A stretch of DNA of 64,000 bases, taken from Chloroflexota bacterium. Its GTDB lineage: Bacteria > Chloroflexota > Dehalococcoidia > Lucifugimonadales > Lucifugimonadaceae. Position numbers and translations under genes: made by a program. The stretch's first letter is position 1, and each line of letters starts with the position of its first letter. The notes under the pieces are model-generated. The model saw only the letters and a program-made list of their open reading frames with translations. It was not told the origin of the DNA and searched no databases. This document shows positions 18,650 through 28,181 of the stretch, piece by piece. The DNA lies in assembly GCA_022564545.1 (NCBI GenBank), contig JADFLG010000002.1:203-64202 (forward strand). The letters are read 5' to 3'.

Positions 18650-19789
18650 TCAGGTGTTGCTGGAGCGCGCCAGCCACTCGCGATCGAGTATTGAGTAAAC
18701 CTCGAGGTCGGAATACTCGCCCCTGACCAGCGCCGCATCGCGCAGTGTGCCTTCATGCTTAAATCCCAGCCGTTCCGGGATCTCGCGCGATCGCAGGTTG
18801 GATGTCCCTGCGCGGATCACTATTCGGTGCATGCCCATTTGGACGATCGCCATTTCGATGACCGCGCCGACAGACCTGGTCATGATCCCCCGGCCCTGCA
18901 GGTCCTTGCGCAGCCAGTAGCCGATTTCTGCTGAGTTCTGGGGGCTTGGCCTGTGCAATCCGACCGTGCCGGCCAGCTTGCCCTGGTACTCGACGATATA
19001 TGTCGCCTCACGCCCGAAAACATCGCGCTCAAGTTGTCGCTTCCTGAACTCAGAGGAGTGCCGTTCAAACGACGTCTGTTGATCGACCCAGGGCAGAAAC
19101 TCGCCCAGGTAATCGCGGGCTTCGTCGATCGCCTCCCACATTGGCCTCTGGTCGTCGTCAGAAAAAGGGCGTAGCCGAAGCTCGTTATCGATAGTCAGGA
19201 TGCCGACCGGGAGCGGCTTTTCGGGTGGTTTCGGCGGCCAGTTGTCTGCAAATGCCGCGTAGCTCGCCATGTCGTAATCACGGTCTTTGATGACGTGAGA
19301 TTGCCGTCTGATTGATTCTCGCCTGATACCAAGGCGTTCCGGGACCGCACAGCTGGCCCGGTTTTCGATTGAGCTCTGGATTTCAATCCTGATAAGTTTC
19401 CGCCGGGTGAATGCCCAGTCGATCACTGCTCGTAGGCTGCGGGTCATTATTCCCTGGCCGGTGAACTCACTGCCAAGCCAGTAGCCCACGAATCCCTGCC
19501 GGGCACGATGATGGATCCTGTGAATGTCGATCGCCCCGGCCAGCTGACCGCCCGATTCGATCATCCACCAGTGACGGTCGCCGTTTTGGACGGATATCAG
19601 GTCTTCCGCCATCAGCTTTCGGCGGTCTTCAACCGTTTTGGGTGGGTCCCATACGCCGAGTGCGTGAGATAGCCGTTCGATATTGTCGGCCGCCAGACTC
19701 AGGAAGCGCTCGGCATCATCAAGTTCGGCCGGACGAAGTACGAGAGAGTCACCGGCGGTGAGGATTGGAGTCTCGAAACGTTCTGTCAT
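18650..19789 (-). CDS. tandem double GNAT (RimJ/RimL-like) N-acetyltransferase
   Basis: Two repeated acetyltransferase halves (GYWLGSEFTGQGIMTRS and GYWLRKDLQGRGIMTRS). ATG 19789 (MTERFETP...) is preferred; the track start at 19879 would overlap rnhA. Confidence 0.8.
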   Translation of the reverse strand: MTERFETPILTAGDSLVLRPAELDDAERFLSLAADNIERLSHALGVWDPPKTVEDRRKLMAEDLISVQNGDRHWWMIESGGQLAGAIDIHRIHHRARQGFVGYWLGSEFTGQGIMTRSLRAVIDWAFTRRKLIRIEIQSSIENRASCAVPERLGIRRESIRRQSHVIKDRDYDMASYAAFADNWPPKPPEKPLPVGILTIDNELRLRPFSDDDQRPMWEAIDEARDYLGEFLPWVDQQTSFERHSSEFRKRQLERDVFGREATYIVEYQGKLAGTVGLHRPSPQNSAEIGYWLRKDLQGRGIMTRSVGAVIEMAIVQMGMHRIVIRAGTSNLRSREIPERLGFKHEGTLRDAALVRGEYSDLEVYSILDREWLARSSNT

Positions 19790-19872
19790 ATTGGTCGATA
19801 TCGGTGGCGTAAACGGCTCTTGGAGAAGTTCCGGGCTGTGCCTGATTGTGGGTCGCGGGTATCTTAAGTGCA

Positions 19873-20358
19873 ATGGCAAAAGATAATGACAACACCGTTT
19901 ACGCTTTCTCAGATGGATCGGCCATCGGAAACCCGGGCCCTGGTGGCTACGGAGTTGTGCTGAAGTACGGCGACAATCTGAAGGAGCTCAGCCAGGGCTA
20001 TGTGCACACCACGAACAATCGCATGGAGCTGATGGGCGCGATCATGGCGCTAGAAAGCCTTAAAGAGCGTCAGCGAGTGGTGCTGACGACCGATTCTCAG
20101 TACGTGATCAACGGGATTGAGAAGGGCTGGGCGAAGAAGTGGCGTGCGAACGGCTGGAGGCGGAAGACGGGGCCGGCACTCAACCCCGACCTGTGGGAAC
20201 GGCTGTTACAGGCGGTCGATCGCCACGACGTAAGCTTTAAGTGGGTTCGGGGCCACATGGGCCACCCTGAAAACGAACGGTGCGACGAGCTGGCGAACGG
20301 TGCGGCTCGGGGCGGCGATTTAATCGTAGACAACGTTTTTGTCGAGGCTGGAGGTTAG
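19873..20358 (+). CDS. rnhA: ribonuclease HI
   Basis: Motifs: DGSAIGNPGPGGYG, TNNRMEL, TDSQY, GHPENERCDELA. Start taken at ATG 19873 (MAKDND...). Confidence 0.9.
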   Translation: MAKDNDNTVYAFSDGSAIGNPGPGGYGVVLKYGDNLKELSQGYVHTTNNRMELMGAIMALESLKERQRVVLTTDSQYVINGIEKGWAKKWRANGWRRKTGPALNPDLWERLLQAVDRHDVSFKWVRGHMGHPENERCDELANGAARGGDLIVDNVFVEAGG

Positions 20359-20366
20359 TTGCAAAA

Positions 20367-20858
20367 GTGACCGAATCTTCCGGCAAACTCAGCCACATAG
20401 ACGAGTCAGGTAAGGCCCGGATGGTGGATGTCGGTTCAAAAGAAATCACCGAGCGAGTGGCCGTGGCTGGCTGCGAGATCCATATGCAGCAGTCGACTCT
20501 CGATCTCATCAAATCGGGGGGTTTCGACAAGGGCGATGTGCTTGGCGTGGCCCGGGTTGCCGGCGTGATGGCCGCAAAGAAGACCTCCGACCTGATACCG
20601 CTGTGCCACCCCATCGCCCTGACCCAGGTGACGATTGATTTTGACGATCTTGATACTGGAACCGGCCTGTCTGTCACCAGCACTGCCCGCACGACGTGGA
20701 AGACCGGCGTAGAGATGGAAGCCCTGACCGCAGCGAGCATTGCGGCGCTCACGGTTTACGACATGTGCAAGGCAGTCGACCGCGCTATTCAGATCGACAG
20801 GCTCAGGCTGTTGAGCAAGAGTGGTGGAAAGAGCGGCGACTATCTGGCCGAACGGTGA
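20367..20858 (+). CDS. moaC: cyclic pyranopterin monophosphate synthase
   Basis: Motifs: MVDVGSKE and LIPLCHPI. GTG 20367 has GGAGGT 12-17 nt upstream. The track start at 20280 overlaps rnhA. Confidence 0.9.
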   Translation: MTESSGKLSHIDESGKARMVDVGSKEITERVAVAGCEIHMQQSTLDLIKSGGFDKGDVLGVARVAGVMAAKKTSDLIPLCHPIALTQVTIDFDDLDTGTGLSVTSTARTTWKTGVEMEALTAASIAALTVYDMCKAVDRAIQIDRLRLLSKSGGKSGDYLAER

Positions 20859-21072
20859 CGGCTGGGCCGGCGCTGGCCGAATCGCCGGACCTCAATCGCG
20901 TTGGACCTAGATCCCGGACCCGGTCCGGGATGACAAATCTGCGTCGGGCGGCTGTGAGGGCGGCCGGCCGTGGGCCGGGTGTCCCCGCAGTTCGTTGACC
21001 GGCGATTGGCCCGTGGCTACCATGAATGGTTGCAGTTTGTGATTCGGTTCGCAGGTTGCAGCGGGGTGGCGC

Positions 21073-21149
21073 GGCGATGTAGCTCAGCCGGTTAGAGCGC
21101 GCGCTTCATAAGCGTGAGGTCGTGGGTTCAAGTCCCCCCATCGCCACCA
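21073..21149 (+). tRNA. tRNA-Met(CAT) (elongator type; Ile-lysidine not excluded)
   Basis: Hand-folded cloverleaf: acceptor GGCGATG/CATCGCC, anticodon loop TTCATAA, CCA encoded, one T-stem mismatch. Confidence 0.8.
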
Positions 21150-21254
21150 CACACCATCTCGTGGTTTCGCTCGAGGCCATAAACCCTGCACGCGGCCAGA
21201 AGAACCGCTTGTGGACAAAAAAATACCGCTTGGCGCAGGTACAATTGCATATCC

Positions 21255-21331
21255 GGGCGATTAGCTCAGTTGGTTAGAGCGCTTGCTTCACACGCAAGAG
21301 GTCGGAGGTTCGAGTCCCCCATCGCCCACCA
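21255..21331 (+). tRNA. tRNA-Val(CAC)
   Basis: Acceptor GGGCGAT/ATCGCCC, anticodon stem CTTGC/GCAAG, loop TTCACAC, CCA encoded. Confidence 0.88.
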
Positions 21332-21359
21332 ACAGTCGTGATACCCCTGGAAACATCGT

Positions 21360-21445
21360 GCCGGGGTGGCGAAATGGCAGACGCGCTACGTTCAGGGCGT
21401 AGTGCCCGCAAGGGCGTGCGAGTTCGACTCTCGCCCTCGGCACCA
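21360..21445 (+). tRNA. tRNA-Leu(CAG)
   Basis: Acceptor GCCGGGG/CCTCGGC, anticodon loop TTCAGGG, long variable arm, CCA encoded. Confidence 0.88.
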
Positions 21446-21494
21446 AATATTTTACGGTCGGTCCAGCGCCCGGCCGGGCGGATTTCCGCACAGT

Positions 21495-21571
21495 GCGCTT
21501 GTAGCTCAGCTGGATAGAGCGCAGCCCTGCGAAGGCTGAGGTCGTGGGTTCGAATCCCGCCAAGCGCGCCA
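21495..21571 (+). tRNA. tRNA-Arg(GCG)
   Basis: Acceptor GCGCTTG/CAAGCGC, D-loop AGCTGGATA, anticodon stem CAGCC/GGCTG, loop CTGCGAA (G34 C35 G36), CCA encoded. Confidence 0.8.
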
Positions 21572-21887
21572 TTACTTTCGCGTTAGTCGCCGGGCGTGTC
21601 CCGGTCCTCCCGATCGCATCGGGAGGCCACCTGGGTTCACAGGAAGTTCCGCGGGGCACGCCAGGGAGTGGGGCCAATCGCCGATCACATGTGCCGTGTA
21701 GAATCGGCGCTCGTTATTACAGGAGGTCTTAACTTCTGGCTGGATTTGGGAATGGAGAACTTGCGAAAGGGTCTGGATGTTGAAGCATTCCGAGTCGGGT
21801 GTTCAGCCTGGGCGGTTGAATCCGCATCAGCTACACCGACGTAACGACGGTGGGGTGATGGCGACGACTTCTGATTCTGGCGCGTTT

Positions 21888-21964
21888 GGGCGATTAGCTC
21901 AGTTGGTTAGAGCACCTGCCTTACAAGCAGGGGGTCGGAGGTTCGAGTCCCCCATCGCCCACCA
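21888..21964 (+). tRNA. tRNA-Val(TAC)
   Basis: Same backbone as the Val(CAC) gene. Anticodon stem CCTGC/GCAGG, loop CTTACAA, CCA encoded. Confidence 0.88.
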
Positions 21965-22076
21965 AACTTCTTTAAAATGTGTTGCTAACGCGGTGCCGCG
22001 TATCATATCGGCCTGAACCCGTATTTTTCGATTTTGAGAGGGGTGCGGGCGCAGTACGGCGAACAAAGGAGATTCG

Positions 22077-23039
22077 GTGACTTTAACGGTAGATTCACAA
22101 ACTCTTGCCGACTTGCTGATCGAAAATATCGGCAGGGTAATCGTCGGCAAGCGCGAAACCGTGGAACTGGCGCTGGTGGCACTTATCAGCGGAGGCCACG
22201 TGCTTATCGAAGATGTTCCGGGCGTTGGCAAGACCATGCTCGTCAGGTCGATCGCGACATCGACCGGGTGTGATTACCGCCGCATGCAGTTCACACCGGA
22301 CCTGCTTCCGAGCGACGTGACCGGCGCCTCGGTCTTCAACCAGAAGACAGGCGACTTCGAGTTCAGGCCCGGTCCGATCATGGCGCAGATCGTGCTCGCC
22401 GACGAGATCAACCGGGCGACTCCGAAGACGCAGTCGGCGTTGCTCGAAGCGATGGGCGAACAGCAGGTCACTGTTGAGGGCATTACCCGTAAGTTGCCAA
22501 ACCCTTTCATGGTGCTGGCTACGCAGAACCCCATCGAGTACGAAGGCACATTCCCACTTCCCGAGGCGCAGCTCGACCGTTTCTTTATGCGGATATCCCT
22601 TGGATACCCGGACGCAGAGCAGGAAGTGGCGATCATGGAACGGCGTGAGCACGTCGACCCGATCGATGAGTTGCAGCCGGTCTGCACTCCCGATGACATC
22701 ACCAACCTTCAGGCCCGCGCAGACGATGTTTACATTGATGTCCTGGTGAAGCAGTACATTGTCGAACTGGCCAACACGACCCGCCAGCACCCCGAGGCAG
22801 CGCTGGGCGTTTCTCCAAGGGCCTCGATCAACCTCATGAAGGGTGGCAAGGCCCTGGCGATGCTGCACAACCGCGACTACGTCATTCCCGACGACATCAA
22901 AGCAATTGCCACCGCAACGCTTGCACACCGTATCCTTCTCACGCCGTCGGCCAGGATGCGCGAAGTAACACAAGAAACGGTTATCGCAGACGTGCTTGAC
23001 CAGGTCTCAGTGCCCGGTGCCAGTGTCCGCAGATCGTAA
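22077..23039 (+). CDS. MoxR-family AAA+ ATPase
   Basis: 320 aa. Walker A VPGVGKT and Walker B LADEINR. Typical MoxR length. Confidence 0.9.
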   Translation: MTLTVDSQTLADLLIENIGRVIVGKRETVELALVALISGGHVLIEDVPGVGKTMLVRSIATSTGCDYRRMQFTPDLLPSDVTGASVFNQKTGDFEFRPGPIMAQIVLADEINRATPKTQSALLEAMGEQQVTVEGITRKLPNPFMVLATQNPIEYEGTFPLPEAQLDRFFMRISLGYPDAEQEVAIMERREHVDPIDELQPVCTPDDITNLQARADDVYIDVLVKQYIVELANTTRQHPEAALGVSPRASINLMKGGKALAMLHNRDYVIPDDIKAIATATLAHRILLTPSARMREVTQETVIADVLDQVSVPGASVRRS

Positions 23040-23084
23040 ACAACCCGCCCCGAAAAAAGACAACCTCAACCTTAACCCGGACAC

Positions 23085-24452
23085 ATGCTCCGCAATTTCA
23101 AGTCACCGAACATCCAGAGCCCAATTCCACCTGTAGTCAGCAGTGGTCGCAGACGCGTTGTGCGGCGGCTGCAGCGCCACCCCATCCTGTATGGAATCGT
23201 GGCCGTGATGGTGCTCGAATTCATGTCAGGTATGGCCACCGGGTTCGATTTGTCGGTGAGGCTTTACTATTCCCTTGGGATCCTTCTACTCGCTGGTTGG
23301 CTCTGGGCCCGCAGCAGTTCCGAGCGAATGACAGCAGAGGTGAAACGATCGAAAGGACCGTTCACCGTCGGCGAAACGATCTCGGAAACTGTCATCCTGC
23401 GTAACGCCGGAGGGACGCCCAAGGCATGGGTCGAGGTTGAAGACTATACCGACCTGCCCGGAATCAAGTTCAAGTGTGTTGCCAGTCTTGGATTGTTGGT
23501 CGCGTTCGACCGCCTCGATATGTCCGGGACCCTCACGAGGCGGGGCGAGTACACGATCGGACCGCTGGTCGCCCGTACGTCCGACCCGTTCAGCATGTTT
23601 CCGCAAGAGGTGACGTTCGGTGGTGAAGAGACTGTTCTCGTCTACCCAAAAATCGTTAGCATCCCGGACTTCGCTTCCCCCTCGATCCACCTGGTCGGTG
23701 ACAATTCCCGCACGCAGCGGGCGCGGGTCTTGAGCACAGATGTCGCTTCGGTACGAGAGTACGAACCAGGCGATGCGCTTAGCAGGATTCACTGGCTGTC
23801 GACTGCGAAGACTGGCGAGCTGATGGTCAAGCAGTTTGACCAGGGATCGTCGAGTCAAATGTGGGTCCTTTTCGATCAGCATAAAGACTCACAGGTTGCC
23901 GATGGGGACGAATCGACCGACGAGATTGCGGCGACCGTCGCCGCCTCGGTCATCGACCGGTACTACCGCGGTTCGCTCCCGGTTGGATATTTGGCGCACG
24001 GCAGCCAGTCGCTTATGGCAATGCCCGACCGATCGATGTTTCAGCGCGAGCAGATCATGCGGCACATTGCCGCCAGCAGGCCGCTGGGCGAGGTCGCGAT
24101 TCTCGATTCGCTGACGGAACTGGAGCGAGACCTCGGTCAGAACACATCACTTGTTGTAATAACGGCAGCCAACGACGGATCGTGGATCGAGGCGCTCGGG
24201 GGGCTTTCGAAGCGCGGCGTCCGGGTCAACACCGTCCTTATCGACAGGGCCTCATTTGGTGGGGATTCGAACGCCGATGCATTGGAACACCTGACTCTCA
24301 TTGGCGAATCGACGTATCCACTGGCGCGCGGTGACTCTATTTCCAACGCCTTGCTGAACCCGGTAGGCGGTGTGCGCGAAGGTCTTCGCCAGGCGACGGT
24401 CCGGGCGCGTTTGGAACTGGCGGGCCTGGCGGAATCTGCAGGCGGCGACTGA
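23085..24452 (+). CDS. DUF58 domain protein (vWA-like partner of MoxR)
   Basis: 455 aa with N-terminal TM helices. Signature: VREYEPGDALSRIHWLSTAKTGELMVKQF. Confidence 0.85.
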   Translation: MLRNFKSPNIQSPIPPVVSSGRRRVVRRLQRHPILYGIVAVMVLEFMSGMATGFDLSVRLYYSLGILLLAGWLWARSSSERMTAEVKRSKGPFTVGETISETVILRNAGGTPKAWVEVEDYTDLPGIKFKCVASLGLLVAFDRLDMSGTLTRRGEYTIGPLVARTSDPFSMFPQEVTFGGEETVLVYPKIVSIPDFASPSIHLVGDNSRTQRARVLSTDVASVREYEPGDALSRIHWLSTAKTGELMVKQFDQGSSSQMWVLFDQHKDSQVADGDESTDEIAATVAASVIDRYYRGSLPVGYLAHGSQSLMAMPDRSMFQREQIMRHIAASRPLGEVAILDSLTELERDLGQNTSLVVITAANDGSWIEALGGLSKRGVRVNTVLIDRASFGGDSNADALEHLTLIGESTYPLARGDSISNALLNPVGGVREGLRQATVRARLELAGLAESAGGD

Positions 24453-27271
24453 TGAGCACAGCCACCGATTTTCTGAAGAACGTTCCGGGACCGCCGTCCA
24501 GCGATGAGATCGAGGCCCAGCAGAGCCGGGTCGGGGCGATCGGCGATCGGCTACTCTGGTTCGCTCCGATTTACGACTGGGTCAGTCTTCTCATCCTGAT
24601 CTGGATGATGGTCACTGTCGGGTGGTCGGTCCAACTTGCTGGATGGGGTGATCTCCCGTCCATCATCCCAACTCTGCTGCTTGGGTCGACTGCCGCGTTC
24701 GTTGTTTCGAAGTTGAATTTCAGATGGTATCTGACGGTTGTCTACGCGGTCGGCCTGGGGTTTTTCGTGGTGTTCTGGCAAGGGGCTGCGCAGGCTTCGG
24801 GGGACGATCCGGTCTCCAGATCAGTCGACTCGTTCGTGCGGTTAGGGGTGTGGATAGAAACCGCCCGGTCGGGCGGGATCAGTACCGACACGGTGCCATT
24901 CGCAATCATGTTCATGGCATCGTCGTGGATCGTCGGTTACGGGGTGACCGCCCTCACGTTCCGGTTCAAATCGCCGTGGCTTCCGACCGTACTCCTTTCA
25001 CTGGTCATCCTCACGAACCTCAGCTACAGGCACGGTGAACACGAGGTTACGTTTTTCTTGTTCCTGGTGGGTGGAATCGTTTTGTTCGCCCATTTGACGA
25101 CGGTGCGTCGAATCGAGAAGTGGCGGTCGGAGGGAATCGAGTATTCGCGGTTCCTTGGATGGGTGACTGTGCAGGACGGCCTGCTCTTTGCACTCCCGAT
25201 CGTGCTGTTGAGTGCATTACTGCCGATATGGGAACCGAGATCGGAACAGTTGAACGAGGTCTGGGATATTTTCCGGGCGCCGTTTTATGCGTTGAGGGAA
25301 CCGGCGAACAGGTTGCTCGCAGGGATCGACGGCCCGGTCAAGGGCAAGATGCTGGCCATACCCTCCCAGACCATGGCATTTAGCGGTCCACTGGAGCTTA
25401 CAGATGAGCCGCTAATGTGGGTCAGGTCGAAATATATCGTCACATATGCCGGCCGGGTGTACCAGGAATATACATCGGAAGGGTGGTTGACTGACTCGAA
25501 CACGAAGGTCAAGGCCGATCCACGGACGGCACTGACACTCGCACCCGGCGAACTGGAGCGCGAGCGTGTAGCGCTGGTGTACGTGCCGTTGGTTGCCACC
25601 AGGGCCGTCATGCCGGCGGGCGGAGTCTTCTCGGTCGACCGCAAGGCCGTTGTGCAGGTCCTGGACCCAATGCAATGGCAGGTGCCTCTGACCGGTTCGG
25701 TCGGGCGGTTGAGCGAATTGCCGCAGGATCTCCGCGATATGGCATTTGCGATCAGGTTCGCACTCCGCGACCTGCTTCCTGTCTCCGCAACGGGCCAACC
25801 GGCCCGCTTGAGCAACCAGCAGCCGGCAACGCGAGAACTTGTAGACGAGGTAATACAGGCGCTCCGGACTGCCACGGAAACCGGGGAGGAGCAAACGGTT
25901 TCGATAACCACGGTAGATTCAAGCGGAAACCGGGCCCAGGCCCAAACAAAGCTCCAAGCTGTGCTCCTCCCACGCCGTGTCGGTTCACAGGGTCTCAATT
26001 GGGACGAAATCACGATCGACATCAGCACGGATAGGGATTCAGGGCTCGCGATGCTGCTGGATATCGAGCGGGCTGCCCCAATTGAGCAGGTGGGCGTCGA
26101 ACTCGCAAGGGACGTTTCCAAGGACGACGCGTTCTCGGTCCAAACGTTCGTTTCACTTGCAACTGATGCGCAGTTGAACGACGCCGGCACGAATTATCCG
26201 ACCTGGATCACCGACCGTTACCTCCAGTTGCCCCCCTCGTTGCCTGATGAGGTCAGAGAGAAAGCCTCTGAGATTGTTGGGGATGCCGGCGCTGTGACTC
26301 CGTTCGAGAAGGCCGAGGCGATCAGAGAGTTCCTTATCGACCAGGAGTACTCCCTCAGAATCGCTGGTCCCGAGTTTGGCGTCGACGGTATTTTCTATTT
26401 CCTGTTCCAGACTCCGGCTGAACCCTGTCCGGTCGATGATGAGAGTTGCGATCCGTCGAAAATCAAGGGTTACAGCCAGTATTTCGGGTCATCAGCGGCC
26501 GTGCTGCTCCGAGCCGTCGGCGTTCCTGCTCGTTTTGTGGCCGGCTGGGCCGCTGGCGAGTACGTCCCCGAAGCGGGCCTGTTCCTGATTCGCGATGAGG
26601 ACAGGCACGGGTGGAGCCAGGTCTACTTTCCCGGATATGGCTGGATCGACTACGAAACCACACCGGGACAGACGGTGACGGGGCGCGGGCAGCTCGCTCC
26701 GGTGACTGGTGGTGGCAATGTGTTCGCTGCAGGTGCCATCGGGTCGGCTGAAGACGAACTGGCCTTCCTCAGCGATATAGCTGACCTTGAACGCCTGGCG
26801 CGCCAGGCCCGTGCGGACGCGGCGGCAAATTTGGAGGGTTCGAATGCCGCCGATTCAGACCGATTTGTATTCCCGTGGCGCCCGATTGCGTGGGCCGGGG
26901 GCGTTGCGGGCTCGGTGCTGCTCATGGTATTCGCATGGTGGCTGAGTTTGCGGGGAATGGACGCTCCGACGAGGGCCTACGCACGCATGAGCCGAATCGC
27001 CGCTTTGATGGGCATGCAGCGGCGGTCGAACGAAACAGCCAAGGAGTTCGCAGCCAACCTCGGCAGCCAGACATTCGCTGCCCGGGAACACGCTTCACTA
27101 ATTGCCGACGAGTTCCAGCGACGTGTATACGCAGGCCCGTCCGGTTACTCTGATATCGACATGGAAACGTCAAGGCGGTTGGAAGGGGCGTGGCGAAGAG
27201 TGGCGAGGGCACTGGTAGCACACCGTGTCAGACGGCTGGGCCGACTTGGCCCCGAACTCGGTGAAGGTTGA
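24452..27271 (+). CDS. transglutaminase-like membrane protein (TgpA-like, DUF4129-type C-terminus)
   Basis: 939 aa. Polytopic N-terminus, then the core GYSQYF...ARFVAGW...HGWSQVYFPGYGWIDYETTP, then a C-terminal TM and tail. Start overlaps the DUF58 stop (TGATG). Confidence 0.85.
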   Translation: MSTATDFLKNVPGPPSSDEIEAQQSRVGAIGDRLLWFAPIYDWVSLLILIWMMVTVGWSVQLAGWGDLPSIIPTLLLGSTAAFVVSKLNFRWYLTVVYAVGLGFFVVFWQGAAQASGDDPVSRSVDSFVRLGVWIETARSGGISTDTVPFAIMFMASSWIVGYGVTALTFRFKSPWLPTVLLSLVILTNLSYRHGEHEVTFFLFLVGGIVLFAHLTTVRRIEKWRSEGIEYSRFLGWVTVQDGLLFALPIVLLSALLPIWEPRSEQLNEVWDIFRAPFYALREPANRLLAGIDGPVKGKMLAIPSQTMAFSGPLELTDEPLMWVRSKYIVTYAGRVYQEYTSEGWLTDSNTKVKADPRTALTLAPGELERERVALVYVPLVATRAVMPAGGVFSVDRKAVVQVLDPMQWQVPLTGSVGRLSELPQDLRDMAFAIRFALRDLLPVSATGQPARLSNQQPATRELVDEVIQALRTATETGEEQTVSITTVDSSGNRAQAQTKLQAVLLPRRVGSQGLNWDEITIDISTDRDSGLAMLLDIERAAPIEQVGVELARDVSKDDAFSVQTFVSLATDAQLNDAGTNYPTWITDRYLQLPPSLPDEVREKASEIVGDAGAVTPFEKAEAIREFLIDQEYSLRIAGPEFGVDGIFYFLFQTPAEPCPVDDESCDPSKIKGYSQYFGSSAAVLLRAVGVPARFVAGWAAGEYVPEAGLFLIRDEDRHGWSQVYFPGYGWIDYETTPGQTVTGRGQLAPVTGGGNVFAAGAIGSAEDELAFLSDIADLERLARQARADAAANLEGSNAADSDRFVFPWRPIAWAGGVAGSVLLMVFAWWLSLRGMDAPTRAYARMSRIAALMGMQRRSNETAKEFAANLGSQTFAAREHASLIADEFQRRVYAGPSGYSDIDMETSRRLEGAWRRVARALVAHRVRRLGRLGPELGEG

Positions 27272-27278
27272 GGTTTTC

Positions 27279-27797
27279 GGCATGACCGTTCAAGAAGATA
27301 CGACATATGACGTTTTCGAAACCGACATGGGCTGGGTGGCCATCGTCGGTGGCGATCACGGGATAATTCGGGCCAGCCTTCCCGAAACTTCTCCCGGTTC
27401 GGCCCTCGACGCCGTGCAGCCCGAGATTGGAACGGCTGCGCACGCGCCTGAGCAGCACGCTGATTCGCGCATGCTCATTACAGCTTTTTGCGCCGGCGAA
27501 GCGGTGGATTTGGCCGATATTCCGATCGACACCAGGGGAGTTTCACCGTTTTTCAAAAAGGCGTGGGAGGCATGCCGGTCAATCCCCGCCGGCGAAACTC
27601 GCAGTTATCGGTGGCTTGCGGAACGGGCGGGCAACATCAGGGCAGCAAGGGGCGCGGGGCAGGCAATGGCCCGTAACAAACTCGCATTGCTGGTGCCGTG
27701 TCACAGGGTGGTCGGATCGAGCGGCGACCTTCACGGGTTTGGCGGCGCTGGACTTCCGCTCAAATCGCGTCTGCTGGCGATGGAATCTGACCGGTAA
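27279..27797 (+). CDS. ogt: methylated-DNA--protein-cysteine methyltransferase
   Basis: Active site LVPCHRVV. ATG 27279 (MTVQED...) is preferred over the overlapping track start at 27225. Confidence 0.88.
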   Translation, partial: GMTVQEDTTYDVFETDMGWVAIVGGDHGIIRASLPETSPGSALDAVQPEIGTAAHAPEQHADSRMLITAFCAGEAVDLADIPIDTRGVSPFFKKAWEACRSIPAGETRSYRWLAERAGNIRAARGAGQAMARNKLALLVPCHRVVGSSGDLHGFGGAGLPLKSRLLAMESDR

Positions 27798-27828
27798 GAG
27801 GCATACTGGATTGCCGGGCTTTCCAGGC

Positions 27829-28074
27829 CTATTGAATATCGTTTTCGGTATCGGGTGGCTGTTCGTCTTCGCCGACGTAGGATTCGAGAACGGAACGCGC
27901 TCGTTCCACGTCTTCTGACCGCGTCATGAGCCTCACCGGAAACATCGATACGCCCATGAACCCGATTACATCGCCGGGCTGCAGCTTACAGTTGATCCCT
28001 GCGGCTTCAACGAGACCGCACCAGGATTCACCGATCAGTTGATCGGGCGCTGTTGCGAACACTTTCCAGCCCAT
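27829..28074 (-). CDS. small DUF2007-like protein (putative signal-transducing domain)
   Basis: 81-aa track ORF. The family resemblance is weak and judged by eye. Confidence 0.4.
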   Translation of the reverse strand: MGWKVFATAPDQLIGESWCGLVEAAGINCKLQPGDVIGFMGVSMFPVRLMTRSEDVERARSVLESYVGEDEQPPDTENDIQ

Positions 28075-28181
28075 GGCTCACCGCTCCATCGTGTCCCGCG
28101 AAACGCCGGTTGTCTCCCCCGAAACTGACCCCGAAACGGGGCTGCCCTCCGTCTTTCCAGTGCCCTCAATTACGCCCGGGA

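Noticed and set aside
20905-20935. Hairpin GATCCCGGACCCGGTCCGGGATG downstream of moaC, considered as a terminator.
   Set aside because: It is a perfect palindrome but has no following T-tract on the plus strand, so the support is too weak to list as a feature.
21288-21677. 129-aa minus-strand ORF and neighbouring plus-strand ORFs (21544..21732, 21596..21844, 21777..22016).
   Set aside because: They run antisense to or through four well-folding tRNA genes and have no family resemblance. They are artefacts of GC-rich tRNA sequence.
21572-21887. 316-bp spacer between tRNA-Arg(GCG) and tRNA-Val(TAC), considered as a possible SRP/6S or other small RNA gene. It has a hairpin CCTCCCGATCGCATCGGGAGG at about 21607-21627.
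   Set aside because: There is no SRP domain IV motif (GGAA tetraloop with AGCAGCC) or other recognisable core. Only a generic hairpin is present.
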